This document shows, piece by piece, positions 1 to 8,869 of a DNA stretch of 60,893 bases. The position numbers were made by a program, and so were the translations under genes. Position 1 is the stretch's first letter. Every line of letters begins with the position of its first letter. The notes under the pieces were generated by a model. That model saw nothing but the letters and a program-made list of their open reading frames with translations. It was not told the origin of the DNA and made no database searches. Origin of the DNA: Candidatus Onthovivens sp. (lineage in GTDB: Bacteria; Bacillota_I; Bacilli_A; RFN20; CAG-826); contig DAIODM010000004.1 in the NCBI GenBank assembly GCA_036746835.1, positions 1 through 60,893 of the forward strand, written 5' to 3'.

Positions 1-262
1 CTTCTATTACGAAAATCTTGCTAACCAGAATTAATTTTTTTAAAGTTATCATATTTACATTTTTAGAATGCTAAATTCGTTCGTTATCTTTTCTCTTTTT
101 GTAATCAAACTAAATTTTAATTTCTTATTTCTAATACGGTAATTGGATATAATTTTTTATCAAATTGTGTATAAATTTAAAATTCTTTGTATATATCTAT
201 TGAAATTCTTTGTATTTATTTCTGTAAATATGCTTTGATACTTTAAAATAGGAGATTCTATT

Positions 263-888
263 ATAGAAAAGAATTTTTTTCACTTGATTGAAAAACAAAT
301 TGAACAAAAGTAAAATCATCAGGCGCCGTTTTGGTGGCGGGACCAAAATTCTGTGGCAAAACAACCACTTGTATGCTTTATCAAAAAAGTTTTATAAAAC
401 TCAACACAAAACAGATTATTGATATCGCGAAGATGAACCCAAAAACTGTTTTAGTTGGAAAAAATCCTCGTTTGATAGACGAATAGCAAACAGTTCCAGA
501 TATTTGGAATCAAGTCAAAAATTCTCTTGATGAAAATTATTCATTCGGACAGTTTATCCTTACTGGAAGTTCTACTCCCGCAGACAAAACTCAAATATAC
601 CATTGTGTTTTGGGCGGAGAAATTCGTCATTATCGTGACAACGCTGGTTTGGAATGTGATGCCGTAATTCATTTACCAAATGGAAAATGGGCAGCTATTG
701 AAATTAAACTGGGAGGTGAAGATTTAATCAATGAAGGGGCAAAATCGCTCAAACTCCTGAACAATAAAATAACAGAAAAAAGTGATGAAAAAGCACCTTC
801 TTTTATGATAATTTTAACCGCTTTCGGACCAATGTATCGACGTAATGATGGAATATATGTTATTCCTATTAATTGTTTAAAGCCATAA
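263..888 (+). pseudogene. Decayed AAA+ ATPase / DUF4143 family gene
   Basis: SD GGAG at 251-254 precedes ATA (263) instead of ATG. A frameshift near 311 gives in-frame TAA. The frame of ORF 610-888 reads KSSGAVLVAGPKFCGKTT (Walker A) and LIDE*Q (TAG at 484-486 where the family has W), then FILTGSS, and joins directly to the C-terminal GGEIRHYRD...ECDAV...AIEIKLG nuclease-like motif. This implies a large in-frame internal deletion near 600-610. Confidence 0.85.
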
Positions 889-949
889 ACTTACACAACA
901 AAAAACCTTTATTTTTTAATTTATATAATTTATTAATTTTAAAAATCCA

Positions 950-2317
950 CTATTTAGTCAATTTTAGGCAAAACAACACTACTGTCTCCACATGAAAAGT
1001 CATTGGAAACATATCAACAGGTTGAACTTTTTCAACCTTATATTTTTTGCTTAAAATTTCTAAATCTCTTGCAAGAGTTGATGGTTCACAAGATACATAA
1101 ACCACTTTCTTAGGTTCAAGATCAAGAACGCTATTTAAGAATTCTGGAGTTGATCCATTGCGTGGAGGATCAAGTAAAACACAATCAATTTTAATCTTAT
1201 CGAGTTTTGCCTTTAGAATATATTTTGTTGCATCATCATTTATAAATTTTACATTCGTAATATTGTTTGCTTTTGCATTGCGAATTCCATCTAAAGTTGC
1301 TTCTTTAACAATCTCAACACTTATAACTTCTTTAGCGTCTTTTGCTGCAATTAAACCAATCGTTCCTATGCCACTATAAGCATCTAAAACAGTTTCGTCT
1401 TTGTTCAACTGTGCAAATTCAAGGGCTTTACTATATAGTTTTTCACATTGAATAGGATTTATTTGATAAAAAGATTTACTAGAAATTCTAAAAGAAAGAC
1501 CACATAAAGTGTCTTCAATAAATCCTTTTCCATAAAGAACTTCTTCGTGTTCTCCAAGAATTACATTAGTATGACGAGGATTTACATTATTAACAACTGT
1601 TGTGATTTCAGGACAGCGAGCAATAAGCTCTTTTACAAAATTATTTCTTCCTGGAAATGTTGGTTTACTAGTTACTAAAACAACCATAATCTCAGGTTTA
1701 TAATGACTTGTTCTAATTAAAACATGTCTTAAAAGACCTACTCCATTATCTTCGTTATATGGAGAGATTTTAAAGCCATACATTAAGTCTTTAATTGTCT
1801 TTAAAATTTTAGGAGCTCTTGTATCTTCAATAAAACATTCATCAATAGGTATTATTTCGTGACTCATTTCACGATAGAATCCACTTATAATTTGATGCTT
1901 AAAATTATAACCTAACGGAACTTGAATTTTGTTTCGATAATTATATGGATTATCCATACCAATCGTATCAAATATTTCAAAATCTTTAAGGTGTCCGATA
2001 CGAGTTAAATCGTTATAAACTTTCTTCTTTTTGTATTCTAATTGAGCTTTATAAGATAACTGTTGAAATTGACATCCACCACACGCTGTACAAACTTTAC
2101 ACTTTGGTTGAATTCTTTCTTTTGATAAACTATAAAGCTTCTTAACACGACCAAAAGCAACTCCAGCACGGTAATACATTATTTCAATATCAGCTTTTTC
2201 ACCAATAAACAAGCCATCAACAAACACGATGGTATCGTCATATTTTACAACACCCTTACCTTCACTACTTAAATCTACACAGGTTCCAGTAAAGATTTCT
2301 TTTCTAAAATTTTTCAT
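950..2317 (-). CDS. rlmD: 23S rRNA (uracil(1939)-C5)-methyltransferase RlmD/RumA
   Basis: N-terminal TRAM domain, CxxCxxCGGC Fe-S motif, SFYQIN, DAYSGIGTIG SAM motif, LDPPR, catalytic YVSC. Confidence 0.93.
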   Translation of the reverse strand: MKNFRKEIFTGTCVDLSSEGKGVVKYDDTIVFVDGLFIGEKADIEIMYYRAGVAFGRVKKLYSLSKERIQPKCKVCTACGGCQFQQLSYKAQLEYKKKKVYNDLTRIGHLKDFEIFDTIGMDNPYNYRNKIQVPLGYNFKHQIISGFYREMSHEIIPIDECFIEDTRAPKILKTIKDLMYGFKISPYNEDNGVGLLRHVLIRTSHYKPEIMVVLVTSKPTFPGRNNFVKELIARCPEITTVVNNVNPRHTNVILGEHEEVLYGKGFIEDTLCGLSFRISSKSFYQINPIQCEKLYSKALEFAQLNKDETVLDAYSGIGTIGLIAAKDAKEVISVEIVKEATLDGIRNAKANNITNVKFINDDATKYILKAKLDKIKIDCVLLDPPRNGSTPEFLNSVLDLEPKKVVYVSCEPSTLARDLEILSKKYKVEKVQPVDMFPMTFHVETVVLFCLKLTK

Positions 2318-2338
2318 AAAGATATAATGCTCTATTTT

Positions 2339-2375
2339 TTTACAATATTCTATAAAATATTGTTATAATATTGTT
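2339..2375 (+). promoter_or_regulatory. Extended -10 promoter of the EAL/GGDEF operon with overlapping repeats
   Basis: TGtTATAAT at 2361-2369 and TTTACA at 2339-2344. Inverted repeat ACAATATT-n6-AATATTGT (2342-2363) and direct repeat AATATTGTT (2356 and 2367). Confidence 0.5.
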
Positions 2376-2383
2376 GCATTATT

Positions 2384-5332
2384 ATGATAAGTGCTTTTAT
2401 TAATGGTTTATTTGCCGCTATTACTATCGTAGCTAGTTCGCTAGGTACTTTTTTAGGAAACGACCAAAGTTATAAAACAAAAGATATTGATGACTCAACA
2501 ACCTTAAGAGATGTTTATCGTGTTGGTGTCTATGATCATGATGGATTTATTTCAAAACAAAAGACAATAAATAATGAAACAGAATATATTGGATATGCAG
2601 CCGATCTTTTTAACTCTATCCAAAATTCTTCCAATTTAAAATTTGAATTTGTAACCGGCAGTCACCAAGAATGTATGGATATGCTTGAAAACGGACAAAT
2701 TGATATTTATCCTGGCGTAATTTATTCAGATGAAAGAGCTCAAAAATATTTATTCTCAAACGAAATTGGTAACTTAAGTGGCGTTCTTTTTACTCTTCCA
2801 GAAAATAAAAACCTCTATCAAGATGACTTTGATTCATATAACGGATTAAAAATTGGTATGATTAGTAACTTTAAAATTAATGAGAGTTTTAAAGATTTTG
2901 CTGATAAAAACGGATTTACATATACTACACATTATTATGATTACATTAATGATGGATTAGCTGCTATGCATTCTGGTGAAATTGATTGTTTCTTTACTGA
3001 CAATACTTTTAGAATCAACCAATACAAAATATTACACACTTTTGAAAATCATCCTTATTACAACATAATCAATAAAAATTTAACTTATTTTAGAGATGTC
3101 TTTAATGCAACACTAAATAAGATTATAAGTGTCTCTCCTGATTTCCTTTATAGTTTGTTTGATAAATATTATTCAACTTCAATCTTTGGTTCAAATATTT
3201 CTTTGACTCGTGAAGAGCAAAATTATATTGACTCCAGAAAAGAAAATCCTGTCCGTGTTGCTTATCGTCAAGCAAACGCTCCACTTGAATCACAAAAAAA
3301 TGATGGCACGATTTCAGGTATAACTAAGGCTCTTTTAGATTATGTAAGCAATGTAACTGGTTTAAAGTATGAATATACTGCTGTTCCAAATACAACTGAT
3401 TTATATAGTGTTTCAGGTAGCGAACTCTTCGCTTCTTATAGTCTTTCAATTGCTAACTTATCTAAATTAGGTTTAAAAACAACCACTCCTATTTTTAAAG
3501 ATTCAATCGTAAGAGTCACAAGACCTAACGCAATTAAAAAAGAAAATGAGGTTATTGCAATCCCATCATTTACTAACGATGAGGCTTTTGATTCCATTAG
3601 ACAAAATCACACTTATAAAGAATTTGATAGTGTTCAAGAATGTTTTAGAGCTGTTAAAAATGGCGAAGTAGAAAGTACTTACCTTAAAGAAACTGTCGCA
3701 AATTATTGGTTAAAAAATATTGTTTACGCCAAATTTGATCATAGTATCGTAAGCGATAGTCTTTATAGTGATTATCGATTTGCTACTACAAGTTCAACTT
3801 CACCTTTATTAATCAGTATTATTGAAAAAGCTATTAAAGGTCTTACTAGTGCTGAAATTTATGAAATTCAATCCAATTACACTAAAGACCGTTTTGTTTA
3901 TACTTTAATTGATAAATTACAATACGATCAAACTTTCCAATATTATTTAATTATTTCAGTCTTCTTTATTGCTGCTATTACAGTTGGTGTTACAAGTTAT
4001 ATTTCCATCAAACGTAACTACATTTCGACCTCTTTTGTCGAAAACACCAAAATGTATAACCGTCAAAACTTCTATAAAGTCTCTCAACAAATGATTAAAG
4101 GAAGTAAGAAAACATTTATCTTTGCGTTGATGCAAATTGATCGTTATCAAGTATTACACGCAACCTTTGGTGATGAAGAAATTCGTAAATATATGTATGA
4201 AATGATGAAGTATATTGAGAAACGTTATCACCGTAAAAATGATTTTAAATATGGATTAACTGATAACGATACATTTGGTTTCTGTTTTGAATACACTCCA
4301 GATAACATGGATGATTTTGCTTTTGCTAGTAAAGAATTGAGTAAGGAGTTATCAAGTAACCTTGGTGGATTCCACATTGGTTTCTACATTATTAAAGATA
4401 ATTCTCAATCCCCTACTTTCTTCTATGATTATGCAAAACTTGCTCTTGAAAAAGCACAAAATAACCAAAGTAAAAACGTTATTTTTGCCTATTACGATGA
4501 ATCAATTATTCAACAAATCCAAGTCAGTAATTACTATTTAAGTGAATTGCCTCGTGCTTTAAAAGAACATGAATTCATTATTTATTTACAACCAAAAGTT
4601 GAAATTGCCACTGGAATTATTAATGGAGCTGAAGCTCTTGTTAGATGGAATCACCCACTAGAAGGTATCATTTCTCCAGGTAAATTCGTTCCTATCTTTG
4701 AACAAAACGGAACTATTGTTGATATTGATAAATATGTTTGGGAAGCTACTTGTGAATTTATTAGTAAAAATAGAAATGAATTAAAAGAATCCGTTCCAAT
4801 TAGTGTTAACTTATCTCGAAGTGATGTTTATTCGTTTGGTATATTTACTTATATTCTCGATTTAGTGAAGAAATACAATATTACTCCAAATGAACTAAGT
4901 TTTGAAATTACTGAATCACTTTATGCTGAAAACCCACAATTAATTAATAACCTTATTAACCGACTCCATAGTTATAACTTTAAAGTCAGTATGGATGATT
5001 TTGGTAGTGCTTACTCTTCACTTAATATGCTTAAGAGTTTCTTAGTTGATGATTTAAAGATTGATCTTACTTTCTTACGAGATACAGAATGGAATAATAT
5101 TGATAAAGATAATGAAACTTTACGTGCTGAATATATTATTAAGAGTGTTGTTACAATGGCTAATGATCTAAAGATGGATTGTATTTGTGAAGGTGTTGAA
5201 ACAAAAGAACAACTTGAAATCGTTAAGCGTACCAATTGTAAAAATGCTCAAGGATTCTTTTATAGTAAACCAGTTCCAACTAACACTTTCTTAGAACTTT
5301 TAAAGAAAGGCTCATTAGATGGAAAGAAATAA
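2384..5332 (+). CDS. Membrane-anchored c-di-GMP phosphodiesterase: signal/anchor, two family-3 solute-binding domains, TM, degenerate GGDEF, EAL
   Basis: EAL motifs intact (YLQPK, EALVRW, SVNLS, FEITES, DDFGSAYSSL, LKID, CEGVE). The GGDEF position reads GLTDNDTF (degenerate). Two PBP-like repeats (RVGVY...; VRVAY...APL). TM segment near aa 520-545. Confidence 0.88.
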   Translation: MISAFINGLFAAITIVASSLGTFLGNDQSYKTKDIDDSTTLRDVYRVGVYDHDGFISKQKTINNETEYIGYAADLFNSIQNSSNLKFEFVTGSHQECMDMLENGQIDIYPGVIYSDERAQKYLFSNEIGNLSGVLFTLPENKNLYQDDFDSYNGLKIGMISNFKINESFKDFADKNGFTYTTHYYDYINDGLAAMHSGEIDCFFTDNTFRINQYKILHTFENHPYYNIINKNLTYFRDVFNATLNKIISVSPDFLYSLFDKYYSTSIFGSNISLTREEQNYIDSRKENPVRVAYRQANAPLESQKNDGTISGITKALLDYVSNVTGLKYEYTAVPNTTDLYSVSGSELFASYSLSIANLSKLGLKTTTPIFKDSIVRVTRPNAIKKENEVIAIPSFTNDEAFDSIRQNHTYKEFDSVQECFRAVKNGEVESTYLKETVANYWLKNIVYAKFDHSIVSDSLYSDYRFATTSSTSPLLISIIEKAIKGLTSAEIYEIQSNYTKDRFVYTLIDKLQYDQTFQYYLIISVFFIAAITVGVTSYISIKRNYISTSFVENTKMYNRQNFYKVSQQMIKGSKKTFIFALMQIDRYQVLHATFGDEEIRKYMYEMMKYIEKRYHRKNDFKYGLTDNDTFGFCFEYTPDNMDDFAFASKELSKELSSNLGGFHIGFYIIKDNSQSPTFFYDYAKLALEKAQNNQSKNVIFAYYDESIIQQIQVSNYYLSELPRALKEHEFIIYLQPKVEIATGIINGAEALVRWNHPLEGIISPGKFVPIFEQNGTIVDIDKYVWEATCEFISKNRNELKESVPISVNLSRSDVYSFGIFTYILDLVKKYNITPNELSFEITESLYAENPQLINNLINRLHSYNFKVSMDDFGSAYSSLNMLKSFLVDDLKIDLTFLRDTEWNNIDKDNETLRAEYIIKSVVTMANDLKMDCICEGVETKEQLEIVKRTNCKNAQGFFYSKPVPTNTFLELLKKGSLDGKK

Positions 5333-6458
5333 TAAACCAGTTAATAAAAAGAAAATTCGTTTCACCACAATTTTAAAGATTGTTTTCTTTGGTGATGATG
5401 ATCCAGAATTTATTGCTCATCAACAAGAAAGTGCGGTTGAATTAAATTTTCCTTCACTACTTATAACTAATATATTAGCTTTATTAAGCCTCATTTTAAT
5501 TTATATTTTAAGTTTCTTTTTAGATATCTATAAAACAACTAATAGAATTGATTTAATCTTTATTATTATTTTTACGCTCTCTTTAATATTCGAAGCAACT
5601 TTTTTAAGAAAGCATCGTAAATATTCTACTTTATGTTATTACTTCTTCATTTATTTAGCTTATCTTTATATTTTAATTGTTTCTAGTGTTTACTTTAGTG
5701 ACACTATGTCCCCATGGCTAAATATAATGATGGCGCTTGTTCCAACTTTATTATTTACCTATCCTTATTTCCACTACTTAACAAACACCACAATGGCCCT
5801 TGTTTATATCGTTCTTTGTTGGATGCTTAAATCTCAAGATATTGCTTTAAGAGAAACAATTATTACAAGTTTAACAATGTCTTGTAGTAATTTCATTACT
5901 TTAATTCTTGTTTACCAAAGAGTCAGCGCATTACGAATTAGACATAAGTTTGAAAGAGATAGTAATACTGATGATTTAACTGGTTTACCAAATAGACGTG
6001 CTATCAATTTAAGAATTGATGAAACTAACGAAAAAACTGGCGAATATATTAGTGGAATGATTATGCTCGATATTGATAACTTTAAAGCATATAACGATAC
6101 TTATGGCCACATTAAAGGTGATCAAGCCTTAATTAAAATTGGCGATGCTTTAGATAAAATCAGCAAAAAATATGGAATCTTTATTGGTCGATATGGTGGC
6201 GAAGAATTCCTTGTTTTGGTTAACTTTATTAATCTTCAAAATATTGAAACAATTGCTCAAGATATCCTTAATACAGTTAAAGAACTAAATATTCAATTTG
6301 AAGATAACCCAAATAAAAATAATAAGATTCTAACGGTTTCCGCTGGTATAGCAAAAGCAGAATCTGGAGATGATGCTCTAGATGTTTTAAATAATGCTGA
6401 TATTGCTTTATACGAATCTAAAAGCAAAGGAAAAGATATTGTTTCTGAAAAGAAATAA
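5319..6458 (+). CDS. Multi-pass membrane diguanylate cyclase (GGDEF)
   Basis: About 6 hydrophobic helices, then DDLTGLPNRR, DIDNFKAYNDTYGHIKGD and RYGGEEF. Overlaps the upstream EAL gene by 14 nt. Confidence 0.9.
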   Translation: MERNNKPVNKKKIRFTTILKIVFFGDDDPEFIAHQQESAVELNFPSLLITNILALLSLILIYILSFFLDIYKTTNRIDLIFIIIFTLSLIFEATFLRKHRKYSTLCYYFFIYLAYLYILIVSSVYFSDTMSPWLNIMMALVPTLLFTYPYFHYLTNTTMALVYIVLCWMLKSQDIALRETIITSLTMSCSNFITLILVYQRVSALRIRHKFERDSNTDDLTGLPNRRAINLRIDETNEKTGEYISGMIMLDIDNFKAYNDTYGHIKGDQALIKIGDALDKISKKYGIFIGRYGGEEFLVLVNFINLQNIETIAQDILNTVKELNIQFEDNPNKNNKILTVSAGIAKAESGDDALDVLNNADIALYESKSKGKDIVSEKK

Positions 6459-8066
6459 TTATTTATTAGTTACTATTTGAGTAGGTTGTGCCATTAAAGA
6501 AGCAACATACTTCACTTCTTCTACAACATTTAGTCTTGGGAAAAGATTTTCTCCCTTAAAGACGACTTTATTATCTAAAAGTTTATTATTTCTAATATTA
6601 TCATAATCACTATCTTTAAGTGTTAAACCAAGTTGTTTATAAATTTCTTTTGATTTATTAACAAGAACTGGTTCAAGAAGTTTACCACCTACAAAAAGAA
6701 CATAAGCTAAATGTGACATAACAGCTTCAAGTTGGTCTTTATTTTTTTCGTCTTTTGCTAAAGCCCAAGGAGCATTGTCATCAATATACTTATTAGCATC
6801 ACTTAAAAGAGTCATAACTTCACTAAAAGCTTCACTAATATGAAGATCATCTAAATAATTTTCATAATTCGTAATCGTTAAAGATATCTTGTTATCTAAA
6901 ACTTTATCCATATCGGTTACACTCTTAAATGATGGAACAACTCCATTAAAGTATTTAACAATCATTGCTACACTTCTAGAAAGTAAATTACCTAAATTAT
7001 TAACAAGATCTGCATTAATACGATCAATATATTGTTCAGGAGTAAAAGTTCCATCTTGTCCAAAAATAATATCTCGAACAAGATAGTATCTTAAAGCATC
7101 AACTCCATATCGTTCAATTAATGGGAATGGAGAAACAACATTACCTCTTGATTTAGACATCTTGCCATCTTTCATCATAATTAATCCATGAACAAAGACA
7201 CGATCTGGAAGTCTCACACCAAGTGACATTAAGAATTCAGGCCAGTATATAGTATGAAATCGAGTAATATCATTACCAATAACATGGATGATTTCACTAT
7301 CTTCGCTTGCCCAATATTTTTGATATAACGAATCATCTTTAGTTCCATATCCTAATGCACTTAAATAATTAAATAAGGCATCAAGCCAAACATAGGCAAC
7401 ATGTTTAGGATTTTCTCTAATTGGAACACCCCAACTAAAACTTGTACGTGAAACACAAAGATCACTTAATCCAGGTTTAATAAAAGTATTAATCATCTCC
7501 GTTTTACGGTTTTCTGGATAAATTAAATTTGGAGTTTCATAATATTTCATTAATTCTGGAAGATATTTTTGAGTTTTAAAGAAATAAGCTTCCTCAGTTG
7601 CTCTTTGAACAGGACGATGACATTCTGGACAAAGATGATCTTCTCCTACTTGAGTATCGGTCCAAAAAGATTCTTCTTGGAAACAATACCAACCTTCATA
7701 CTTTGATAAATAAACATCATCATTATGAAGCATATGAGTAAAAACGTTTTGGACACATTCAACGTGTCTCTCGTCAGTCGTACGAATAAAATCATCATTA
7801 GAGATTTCCATTGCTTTCCAAAGTTCTCTAAATTTAGCGACCATATTATCAACATAAACTTTAGGTTCAACACCTTCCGCTTTTGCTTTCTTTTCTATTT
7901 TTAATCCATGTTCATCAGTACCAGTTAAAAAATAACATTCAAAATGTCGCATTCTTTTATAACGAGCAAAAACATCGCATAAAGTTGTGCAATAAGCATG
8001 ACCAATGTGCGCGTTTCCTGATGGATAATAAATTGGAGTAGTTATATAAAATCTTTTCTTTGCCAT
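6459..8066 (-). CDS. metG: Methionine--tRNA ligase (short form, no C-terminal tRNA-binding domain)
   Basis: FYITTPIYYPSG, HIGH, GTDEHG, KMSKS; SD GGAGG upstream. Confidence 0.96.
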   Translation of the reverse strand: MAKKRFYITTPIYYPSGNAHIGHAYCTTLCDVFARYKRMRHFECYFLTGTDEHGLKIEKKAKAEGVEPKVYVDNMVAKFRELWKAMEISNDDFIRTTDERHVECVQNVFTHMLHNDDVYLSKYEGWYCFQEESFWTDTQVGEDHLCPECHRPVQRATEEAYFFKTQKYLPELMKYYETPNLIYPENRKTEMINTFIKPGLSDLCVSRTSFSWGVPIRENPKHVAYVWLDALFNYLSALGYGTKDDSLYQKYWASEDSEIIHVIGNDITRFHTIYWPEFLMSLGVRLPDRVFVHGLIMMKDGKMSKSRGNVVSPFPLIERYGVDALRYYLVRDIIFGQDGTFTPEQYIDRINADLVNNLGNLLSRSVAMIVKYFNGVVPSFKSVTDMDKVLDNKISLTITNYENYLDDLHISEAFSEVMTLLSDANKYIDDNAPWALAKDEKNKDQLEAVMSHLAYVLFVGGKLLEPVLVNKSKEIYKQLGLTLKDSDYDNIRNNKLLDNKVVFKGENLFPRLNVVEEVKYVASLMAQPTQIVTNK

Positions 8067-8204
8067 ATGAGAGCCTCCCTAAGATTTATTGCTTATAGAT
8101 TATAACAAACATCAGCCTATTTTCCTATATTTATTGATTTTTACAACTAAAAGAAAGAATTTCGTAAAGATTATAAAAATCTATTGTATTAGTATATTAA
8201 CTAT

Positions 8205-8353
8205 AAAAGTCAGACTCCAAGAAAGAACTTTTAAAAACACATCACAACATTTAGCGCACTCCTTTGCGCACTTGTTGAACAAGGCAAAGTTTCTTTCTAG
8301 AATATATCCCTTTTTAGAAGGCGAATTAGACCGTAAGACTAATTCGCTTTTTT
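8205..8353 (+). ncRNA. Candidate structured small RNA (6S-like long hairpin) between metG and rpmE
   Basis: Nested stems 8220-8230/8287-8298, 8245-8249/8273-8277 and 8254-8258/8265-8269 with a central bubble, ending in a + strand intrinsic terminator although no credible + strand CDS lies here. The 5' end is a guess. Confidence 0.35.
8321..8353 (+). terminator. Intrinsic terminator, + strand
   Basis: GCGAATTAG-n9-CTAATTCGC followed by TTTTTT. Confidence 0.75.
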
Positions 8354-8360
8354 AATACAT

Positions 8361-8389
8361 AAAAAAAGACATAACCACGAGGTTATGTC
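8361..8389 (-). terminator. Intrinsic terminator of rpmE
   Basis: GACATAACC-n4-GGTTATGTC stem with a 7-U tract on the - strand. Confidence 0.85.
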
Positions 8390-8412
8390 ATATTTTCTAA
8401 TTAGTTTATAAA

Positions 8413-8634
8413 CTACTTCTTAGCATTAGCATCTTCTAAATGATACTTCTTATTGAACTTATCAACACGGCCATCTGCTTGTGTAAATCTTTGTTTACCA
8501 GTATAGAATGGGTGGCAGTTTGAACAAGTATCAACACGAATTTCATCAAGAGTGGATTCGGTTTCGAAGGTATTTCCGCAGGAAATACAGGTAACCTTAC
8601 ACTTGTGATACTTTGGATGAATGTTTTCTTTCAT
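8413..8634 (-). CDS. rpmE: 50S ribosomal protein L31, zinc-binding type
   Basis: [10 protein letters not shown]...CISCG...[10 protein letters not shown]. The true start is the ATG at 8634 with SD GGAAGGAG; the longer ORF-track start is unlikely. Confidence 0.96.
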   Translation of the reverse strand: MKENIHPKYHKCKVTCISCGNTFETESTLDEIRVDTCSNCHPFYTGKQRFTQADGRVDKFNKKYHLEDANAKK

Positions 8635-8692
8635 TTGAATACTCCTTCCGCCTTGATCTACTAAAATTCGATCAAAGAAAGCATGTGTCAAT

Positions 8693-8721
8693 ATTATATT
8701 AGTTAGGTCTTCATTAATCAA
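8693..8721 (-). promoter_or_regulatory. Sigma-A promoter of rpmE
   Basis: TTGATT-17-TATAAT on the - strand. Confidence 0.7.
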
Positions 8722-8869
8722 GCGATATATTTTAACTAAAATTTGGATGATACCTAATTAATTAACACAGTTTTAAAATTAGATAAATGTAAAAGAAAGT
8801 TTACAAAAAACAAAGATTTTTGCTTTATAAATCCTAAATATCATATAAAATCTTTCTAGGAGGTTAGAT

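Noticed and set aside
1-240. Short open stretches on the - strand (TQFDKKLYPITVLEIRKLKFSLITKREK...) that might be another decayed gene
   Set aside because: Multiple stops, no start or SD, and no recognisable motif; cannot be supported without a homology search.
7440-7455. parS-like half site (TGTTTCACGT on the - strand) in metG
   Set aside because: Only one arm matches, and it is explained by the conserved MetRS peptide CVSRT.
8089-8355. 88-aa + strand ORF
   Set aside because: TTG start without an SD, low-complexity composition, and it runs across the metG promoter and into a terminator stem.
8067-8360. T-box or SAM riboswitch upstream of metG; fragments resembling SMK (TGCCTTGT) and c-di-GMP-I (GCGCAAAG...CTAA) on the - strand
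   Set aside because: No T-box AAGGTGG-ACC antiterminator, the required flanking helices are missing, and metG has its own proximal extended -10 at 8099-8107.
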